Assembly: GCA_048886185.1 (NCBI GenBank)
Contig: JBHLKY010000008.1
Span: 188,228 to 220,227, forward strand
Length of the DNA: 32,000 nucleotides
Reading direction: 5' to 3'
From: Candidatus Hermodarchaeota archaeon
GTDB lineage: Archaea > Asgardarchaeota > Heimdallarchaeia > Hodarchaeales > Hodarchaeaceae
A program made the position numbers and the translations under genes. Shown piece after piece: positions 25,507 to 32,000 of the stretch. How positions within the stretch are numbered: the stretch's first letter is position 1; every line of letters starts with the position of its first letter. Below the pieces are notes generated by a model that saw only the letters and a list, made by a program, of their open reading frames with translations, searched no databases and was not told the origin of the DNA.

Positions 25507-25778
25507 AAGAGATCAGTTAATTATCTGAAAAAATGGCAAGAAAGACAATCCAAGACCCTAGAAGAACTTATATCAGCTTTAACTTTATTAGCATTTACTA
25601 TTGAGCATGCAAAAGAATATGGAAAAATACGAGCTTCTTTAGTTAATAAGGGCTGGATATAGGATTCACTGATACAGCTATTGCCTCTATTGCAATTATA
25701 GAAAAGCTCCCGCTTCTAATTATGAATGTTGAGCATTTCAACAGAATAGAAAGATTGAAAATAAGAATCTACAAGTAA
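25507..25778 (+). pseudogene. vapC: VapC/PIN-domain toxin pseudogene (N-terminus lost, 1-nt frameshift)
   Basis: Frame A: LEELISALTLLAFTIEHAKEYGKIRASLVNKG, then W-I-stop. Frame B from 25656: DIGFTDTAIASIAIIEKLPLLIMNVEHFNRIERLKIRIYK-stop. Joined, these give the VapC pattern YG.IRA.L..KG..IG..D..IAA.A.....L...N..HF.RI. Confidence 0.8.
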
Positions 25779-25818
25779 ACGAAAACAAAACATTGAATGA
25801 GTATTTGGGAATAGCACA

Positions 25819-26385
25819 TTACGCATATAATGATAGATACCCCCTATGTGAAGCCACCTGCAATCCTAGTTGTTTGAACGCCTCGGTGATATTTTCTCCA
25901 GTTTTAGCACTAGTAGGTAAATAGGTCACTTTAAAGGGTAAAGTATCTCCTGTTGATGTGGTTATCCCACTGGCTATTCCTTGCAATGTTTGATCTGGTA
26001 TGCAGTACTCTCCAGTATATCTTAGGTCTATTTTATTTCCTAGAATCACGAACGGAATTGGCCCATGCCCGTTATTTTTCCATAATTCATCTATCCAATT
26101 ATGAATGTTCATCACTGATTCAAGATTAGTGACATCACAAACAAGGAACGCGCCCCTTGCACCCCGATAATACGTCTTCCTGATCGTCTCAAAGACAGGT
26201 TGCCCTGCGAGATCCCAGATTTGGAAGCTTATTCTTTCTCCACAGATTGTCTCATTTTTGACTGAAAAATCTGCCCCTAATGTGGGTAAATATTGCGTGG
26301 GAAACCCATATCCTAGATAACGTTCACGGATTGAGGTCTTTCCCACCGATCCATCTCCTATCAGGATTATTTTCAGTAATTCCAT
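25819..26385 (-). CDS. Rab-like small GTPase (Ras superfamily; eukaryotic signature protein)
   Basis: G1 GDGSVGKT, G2 YLPTLGADF, G3 WDLAGQ, YYRGA, G4 NKID, G5 SAK; no C-terminal Cys prenylation motif. Confidence 0.95.
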   Translation of the reverse strand: MELLKIILIGDGSVGKTSIRERYLGYGFPTQYLPTLGADFSVKNETICGERISFQIWDLAGQPVFETIRKTYYRGARGAFLVCDVTNLESVMNIHNWIDELWKNNGHGPIPFVILGNKIDLRYTGEYCIPDQTLQGIASGITTSTGDTLPFKVTYLPTSAKTGENITEAFKQLGLQVASHRGYLSLYA

Positions 26386-26499
26386 GGATTGATCCCCTCG
26401 GTTACTACTGGTTCATACTCTTTATCCCTATATCTGTATGGTGGTTAATGAGTACGTAACATCACCATAACACACTTTTTCTAATTTCTCTGATAGATC

Positions 26500-26517
26500 C
26501 AGGAAGTTAACTTCCTG
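26500..26517. promoter_or_regulatory. Perfect 18-bp palindrome upstream of the Rab-like gene
   Basis: CAGGAAGTTAACTTCCTG is its own reverse complement. Confidence 0.55.
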
Positions 26518-26852
26518 ATGTGTCTTAGATATGGAATTTAGAATATTTGGATTTGATTATAACTTTCAAGTAATTCATGTATGTGATTGGTGAGAGTCTT
26601 CTCCCCTGCTTTTCTAATTACTCCACAGCAATGTCTAGTTCTGATCTGAAAGCCTATTTGAAACGTTAATTCTTTCTGATTCGGTTTAAATGTTAGAGTC
26701 TCTGATGTTGCCTTGATTTGCCCAGTCAATGCATTTATCGCCATTCTCAGTGATATGTGCCTTTACCAGTATAAAAACTCCAGATACATTGGCACTATGG
26801 TGATTGCTGCCTTGAATTTCTTCAACTTTCTTATATGTCGTAAAGTAGGTTA

Positions 26853-27185
26853 TCAAAGAATTCTCTCAAGAGCCCCAGGAATAGTCATTGGTGATAATGC
26901 TCTAATAAATTCCTTTGATTCACCGCCTTGATCAATAGTGATCACTCGATAGGTTAAACCTGTCTTATTCCGTAAGTCCCGGGCTGCTGTAGATGCGATA
27001 AACCTTGAACGAACATTAGCTGATTGTCCAATCCACAGAAAAATCTTTTTCAATGTGTTATCCAGTAACACATAAACAGAATCCTTCTTTAATAAGCGAG
27101 AGGAGCTATCATAAGGCTTAAGTTCCCCAGATTCATCTTCGGATATTTGAAAAAGAGTTTTCTCATCTTTTTCCTGAACTAACAT
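26853..27185 (-). CDS. Single-domain gelsolin-like protein (Asgard 1DGel/ProGel type)
   Basis: LKKDSVYVLLD...IFLWIG.SA.VR.RFIA...A...R......I.QG.ES.EF gelsolin-domain pattern. Confidence 0.85.
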   Translation of the reverse strand: MLVQEKDEKTLFQISEDESGELKPYDSSSRLLKKDSVYVLLDNTLKKIFLWIGQSANVRSRFIASTAARDLRNKTGLTYRVITIDQGGESKEFIRALSPMTIPGALERIL

Positions 27186-27496
27186 TTTACCTCAGTTTCA
27201 GAAGTTCTTTTGATTACATCCAAATTCAGACCATCGAGTTGAAAAAGCGAACTAAAGAAGTCCCCCGCATTTCAACCTACTTTTTTGCTATTGCTAGGTT
27301 TTTTTAGTTTAATCTCATTCAAATACTAATTACTCACCTGAATTTAGTTTACTGTCGTCCAAGATAGGCCCATTCTTCTACTCAAAGCGTGGGTCTGAGT
27401 TCTGTTTTATCGTAGTTTTTGGTATTTGAAAAAATTCGATAATGATATTACTTTTCCCAATTTCAACAACGAAGATTCAAGTTCTTTCTATTAGAC

Positions 27497-28843
27497 CTAT
27501 CCTCCTGTAACGATTTCTGTAATATCTGGTTTCCGATCTTCCATTCCTTTTACAAAGGTTCTCAATTTCAAAGAAATAAACAAAAGAAATGAACCAGTGA
27601 TACAAATTCCAAAAACAAATGTGATTCCAGCAATCAGTCCTGAGTGATCAATTAATAGACCTGCAATTGGAAGCAATGGAATTGAAAAAATAGAAATTAA
27701 GGTAGGAATTAATGAATAGACAGAATTTCTAACCTCTGAAGGCACAAGATCAATGATAATTCGGTCTCTAAGAATAAACCCTATTCTTATAATGAAGCTG
27801 TTGGATATGTTCATTATAAATATTGTTGCTAAAAAACCAATTAAATTGAAATTATTCTGAGGAGGTAACAAAGAGAATAAAATGAGATAAGCTGGGAAAA
27901 AAATTAACAGATGTACAAAAAGAAAGATTGGAAACTGCTCATTTTTAAAGTGCTTACTCCAGTTGGCTACATAAAATCTAGCAGGGACTTCTAATAGAAA
28001 TATAATAGTCCTTATTAAACTTGTTCCAAAATCTGAGCCTGTGTATCCAAAATAAAGAGGAAAAAGAATTAAATTGGACCAAATAAGCCAAGTAACTTGA
28101 TAAATTGCTAAACCAAATATGAAAAGAAGAGTGGGTTTACTTGAAAATAAGAATCTAATTCCACCTTTTAAATATTGAAAGTAAGCTCTTCTTAGAGGTT
28201 TGGGGTCTTCGGTGAAATCTTTATCGGATTCAACATTATTAAGGTTCTTTAATGAATATATAATCAGAAAAACATTCAAAAAAAACTGTAGGAAGAAAAC
28301 TAATTGCCTGGAAAAACCCGTTGCTAGCATTCCTCCTATCATAAATGAGGCTGCTAAAGAGATGTTGGTCGAAAGACCCACACGATCTCTCATAAAGCCG
28401 TATATCTTTCTTTCAGTGTCTGATTCTCCTATTGTTTTCTTATAATTTGAATCTAACCATGTTTCAATTGTACCAGAAGCTTGAGCATTTCCTAATCCAT
28501 TGAAAATTGCTATTAATAAGAAGATTGGAAATGTTTCTGCTATTGATAATAGAAAGAAAGCCACTCCGTAACTTGCGTAAGCCAAAGTCATCACCCATTT
28601 TTGGCCAATATAATCTCCTAACGATCCAGAAGGATAATCAAAAATAAGCTGAATTGATAACATGACTGTTGTGATAGCAGCAGCTTGAGTAAATCCAATT
28701 TTATCTATTGCATTAAGTATATAGAAAGTATTTGATAGACTTAACAAAAGTGAGTTTAACACTCGGATTGTCAGGAATTTCCTTATAATCATTTTTGTTT
28801 GTTCTGGTAGGCTTTCAATACCTAAAAACTGATTAAATTTCAA
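27497..28843 (-). CDS. MFS transporter
   Basis: About 12 TM helices; FDYPSGSLGDYIGQK (MFS motif A), GLGNAQASG, DLVPSEVRNSVYS. TTG start with AGGAG upstream. Confidence 0.9.
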   Translation of the reverse strand: MKFNQFLGIESLPEQTKMIIRKFLTIRVLNSLLLSLSNTFYILNAIDKIGFTQAAAITTVMLSIQLIFDYPSGSLGDYIGQKWVMTLAYASYGVAFFLLSIAETFPIFLLIAIFNGLGNAQASGTIETWLDSNYKKTIGESDTERKIYGFMRDRVGLSTNISLAASFMIGGMLATGFSRQLVFFLQFFLNVFLIIYSLKNLNNVESDKDFTEDPKPLRRAYFQYLKGGIRFLFSSKPTLLFIFGLAIYQVTWLIWSNLILFPLYFGYTGSDFGTSLIRTIIFLLEVPARFYVANWSKHFKNEQFPIFLFVHLLIFFPAYLILFSLLPPQNNFNLIGFLATIFIMNISNSFIIRIGFILRDRIIIDLVPSEVRNSVYSLIPTLISIFSIPLLPIAGLLIDHSGLIAGITFVFGICITGSFLLFISLKLRTFVKGMEDRKPDITEIVTGG

Positions 28844-29097
28844 TTATTTTAACTCCTGAATTGAATTAATTCCTTTAAATATATTTTTTTAAGAAGTGAA
28901 CTATTTAGATCCTAAATTTCGTGACAAAATCTTTTTTGATATATTTTTCACTTTTTTTGAAATATATTCTATAAAAAATCATTAATTCTTCATATATTTT
29001 TAAGACTTATGACATTAGTTAAAAAAAGTTTGAAAACAAACAGAAGCTTTATTATTTCTTAATACTAATTGATAATAAGATTAGTTGTGGAAAAATC

Positions 29098-30525
29098 ATG
29101 ATTAAGACCCTAATCAATAAGGAACGACAATCGGTCTTAGGGATTGATAGTGATATTTGGCATAAGTATGTGTACAATACTGATTACAGACGTATTATTG
29201 AGGTTCTATCAAATAAGCCATTAACTATTGATGAAATCTATACCAGTTACAATAAAATTGAAAAGGATAATCCTAAATCTAAAAGCACAATTTATCGGTA
29301 TATCAACAATTTATTAAAGGTAGAAGTTTTAATTAAAGCTGGACGAGTTTTTCATTCTCAACATACCTCTTCAAAAGTACTTTATGATCTATCAGCGGAA
29401 TTATTAATCCCTGAACCTCCCAAAATTAGTATTTGGTCGTCTAGCAAGAGTAGTGATAATCTAGCCCTTTGTATAGGAATTATTCTTGATAGACATTTCT
29501 CTCATAAAAGTCCCTCTGTCCCAGCGCTAAAATCCCTTTTCCACCAATTTGAAACCGAAAGATACCATTTCTTAATAAATACGCTTACTGCGCTGATTGA
29601 GGGGTCTGAATCAGATAAAGAAAAGAAAAAATTCGTTTGGAAGATTTATTTTTCAGATCCTAATATAATAACTCGTTCATTTGAGCTTTTTTCCCTTTTT
29701 CATTGGATTATACAGAAGGATGACCTAAATTATTTTCTTGACACACTTCGAGAGTGTTATCTTGAAAGCGAATCAACAAGTAGTTCCTATGAATCCAGAA
29801 GTGAACTATCAAATGATAGTTCCTCTGATTCAAATCAATCTTATTCAGATTACATCGAATATACCCCCATTTTAGTTCAAACTATTGAGCAAGAAACATG
29901 GGATAAAATAGTCTGGAATTACAATCATAGAGCTATTCTATTGTTATTGAGAAAGCCTATGACTCTTAGTGAGATTCACAAGAAACACCATGAAGCTGTA
30001 TTGGCGAGGATTGAAGAAGATAGAAAAGAAGGAAAAAAAATTCACTATATTCCTCGTAAAAAGAAGAAGAGTACAGTCTATAATTATTTGCAAATTATGA
30101 AGAATGGGGGACTCATTGTTGAAGCAGGACGCCGAATAAGGGAAGGAAAAGCTCTTACTGAATTATTATACGCTAGAAAAGCTCTTTATATTTCGAAGGA
30201 GAAGCTTATTGAGGATTTTAAATCAACTGAATGGGATAAAATTACAGAACTAGTTGGTTCATTGTTGGTTCATTCAAATTCTAAAAATAGTTTTGACCAT
30301 CAAAAATTACGTTCCTTAATAGTTAATATTGAAGAATTCGGGACAAATATCCTTACAGAAGACTTTAGTAAAGCGATTACTAATCCTCCGACTGAAATAA
30401 CCGCGAATTTTGAATTTGAACAACATAACGTGTTTTTTGAGGCTGTAAGGTTAGTAGAATGGTTTTTATCTCTGAAAGAAAAACACGCATTCAAAACAGA
30501 ATTGGTACGTTGTTTCTTAGATTAA
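29098..30525 (+). CDS. Tandem-duplicated winged-helix (ArsR-like) regulator
   Basis: Two homologous halves, each I...L..KP(L/M)T..EI...K(S/K)ST(I/V)Y.Y...L.....AGR......LY, joined by a Ser-rich linker; divergent from the MFS gene. Confidence 0.7.
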   Translation: MIKTLINKERQSVLGIDSDIWHKYVYNTDYRRIIEVLSNKPLTIDEIYTSYNKIEKDNPKSKSTIYRYINNLLKVEVLIKAGRVFHSQHTSSKVLYDLSAELLIPEPPKISIWSSSKSSDNLALCIGIILDRHFSHKSPSVPALKSLFHQFETERYHFLINTLTALIEGSESDKEKKKFVWKIYFSDPNIITRSFELFSLFHWIIQKDDLNYFLDTLRECYLESESTSSSYESRSELSNDSSSDSNQSYSDYIEYTPILVQTIEQETWDKIVWNYNHRAILLLLRKPMTLSEIHKKHHEAVLARIEEDRKEGKKIHYIPRKKKKSTVYNYLQIMKNGGLIVEAGRRIREGKALTELLYARKALYISKEKLIEDFKSTEWDKITELVGSLLVHSNSKNSFDHQKLRSLIVNIEEFGTNILTEDFSKAITNPPTEITANFEFEQHNVFFEAVRLVEWFLSLKEKHAFKTELVRCFLD

Positions 30526-30652
30526 ATGATATGAAAAACTCAATCTCTTAAAGAACGATAAATGACATTTAGACTATATAGTAGAGAGAGGCGAGAGTAT
30601 TTTTCACCACAAAGACTATAAGATTCTAACTGAATGTAAAGCAGACAAAAAA

Positions 30653-31834
30653 ATGAAAGCTAGTCAAATAATTAAGAAATTAGCAGTTACAATAAAACAA
30701 CCTATCAACCAAGTTGTCTCCTCACCTGATCTCATTTCTGTTGATATCGGATATTCTGAGGAAGATGGAATATTAACTGGCCTGACAATCAAAAATTGTA
30801 AATTAACACATCTTCCTAATCTTATTACTAAATTAGTGAATCTTAAACATTTGAATATATCCAATAATGACCTTGAAAGTCTTCCCGAGACTCTTGGGAA
30901 CTTACAGGATCTTGAGGAGCTGGTAATTATTGAAAATCAACTGAGAAGTATACCGAACAGTATTGGTAACTTAACCAAACTTAAATACTTGAATTTACGG
31001 GGAAATCAAATTACAAACTTACCTGATGGTTTATGGCATTTAAAAAACCTTGAAGAATTGGATATAGGCGGAGGTAATAAATTAGGGGTGATAAGTGACA
31101 AGATCAGTTGTCTAAAGAGGCTAATCAAATTATACCTAGATGGAAATACTTATACTAGATTACCGGAATCACTTGGTGAAGTAAAAGATTTAGTTATTTT
31201 AGACATTGCACATGGAAATTTAGAAGAAATTCCTCATTCCATAAGCAATTTACAATCCTTAAAGTTTTTATATGTAGCTGATAATCGTTTAAGATCTATT
31301 CCTCCTTCAATTGCGGCTTTAACTAATCTACTATATTTAAATATAAGTGAAAATGAAATTAATAGCTTACCAGACAACATTGGGGAACTTAGCAATTTAA
31401 TTGAGTTTAGATTATATGATAACCAAATAAAAAAGCTTCCACATACAATAGGTAACCTTACAAATTTATTAGAATTACATGCTCAAAATAATGATCTTGA
31501 ATTTCTTCCCCCCGAAATAGGAAATCTTAGAAATCTGAAATATTTATATCTCAAGGGGAATAAGATAAGAAAATTACCAAAGAGAATAAATCAGCTCAAT
31601 GAACTTAAAGTGTTAGATCTCCGTGCAAATACAATTGAGGAACTACCCAAGGATTGGTCAGGATTACTCAAACTAATGCATTTAGATGTTCGTGCTAATC
31701 AATTTCACTTCCTACCTGAAAGTATTGGTTTTCTACCACTGCTTGAGAAGCTTGATCTAAGATGGAATAGACTAGCTATAATCCCTTTTTGGTTTGAGCA
31801 GCTCAAACAAAATGGATGTATAATTTATTCTTAA
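30653..31834 (+). CDS. Leucine-rich repeat protein (typical 23-residue LRRs)
   Basis: About 14 consecutive LxxLxLxxNxLxxLPxxIGxL repeats; no other domain recognised. Confidence 0.95.
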   Translation: MKASQIIKKLAVTIKQPINQVVSSPDLISVDIGYSEEDGILTGLTIKNCKLTHLPNLITKLVNLKHLNISNNDLESLPETLGNLQDLEELVIIENQLRSIPNSIGNLTKLKYLNLRGNQITNLPDGLWHLKNLEELDIGGGNKLGVISDKISCLKRLIKLYLDGNTYTRLPESLGEVKDLVILDIAHGNLEEIPHSISNLQSLKFLYVADNRLRSIPPSIAALTNLLYLNISENEINSLPDNIGELSNLIEFRLYDNQIKKLPHTIGNLTNLLELHAQNNDLEFLPPEIGNLRNLKYLYLKGNKIRKLPKRINQLNELKVLDLRANTIEELPKDWSGLLKLMHLDVRANQFHFLPESIGFLPLLEKLDLRWNRLAIIPFWFEQLKQNGCIIYS

Positions 31835-32000
31835 GAGAAATCGAACGCTAATCTACGAATTAATCAGAGATCTCATGAAAAAAGGCTTTTCCTTGATTGT
31901 TTGGTATTCATAGAAGTTGCAATGTCGGAGGGTTAGGGATAATAACATACTTTTATTGTAAGCACTTGCATTCTTCTTTTCTCTTCTGTGTCTGTATATA

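Noticed and set aside
26538-26830. 68-aa ORF plus an upstream in-frame segment beyond a TAA, possibly a transposase fragment
   Set aside because: No recognisable DDE or HTH motif, terminal inverted repeats or target duplication; needs tBLASTn/ISfinder.
31860-32000. Possible 3' end of a minus-strand gene at the window edge
   Set aside because: A ~48-codon open frame exists but has no recognisable motif and cannot be distinguished from chance.
1-32000. CRISPR array, rRNA, intact IS element or provirus
   Set aside because: No regularly spaced repeats, rRNA-like segment, transposase, integrase or capsid gene was recognised.

Overview
This is a chromosomal segment of an Asgard archaeon. The assignment is inferred from archaeal information-processing genes occurring alongside a Rab-like GTPase and a single-domain gelsolin; Heimdallarchaeia is plausible but cannot be proven here. 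From left to right the window holds: type II Met aminopeptidase; helical hypotheticals; aIF1/SUI1; an rpoP missed by the ORF track; a split B12-dependent acyl-CoA mutase with isobutyryl-CoA-mutase specificity residues plus a CobA/BtuR adenosyltransferase; a tRNA-His with an apparent 29-nt non-canonical D-arm intron; a coiled-coil/wHTH protein; a bacterial-type RNase III; and a rearranged ribosomal cluster (inverted S19, then L22-S3-L29-Rpp29-S17-L14-L24-S4e-L5-S14, followed by taw2). The accessory right half holds a 7-blade SBBP surface protein, a membrane-spanning wHTH regulator, a tandem metallophosphoesterase with a degenerate second domain, a TPR-HEPN protein bracketed by degenerate ~38-bp direct repeats, a DAG-kinase/membrane-domain fusion with a dnaX-like slippery site at the domain junction, a Cys-rich membrane gene pair, a vapC pseudogene, Rab-like GTPase, gelsolin, MFS transporter, tandem-wHTH regulator and an LRR protein. 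All family calls come from motif recognition by eye; no searches were run.
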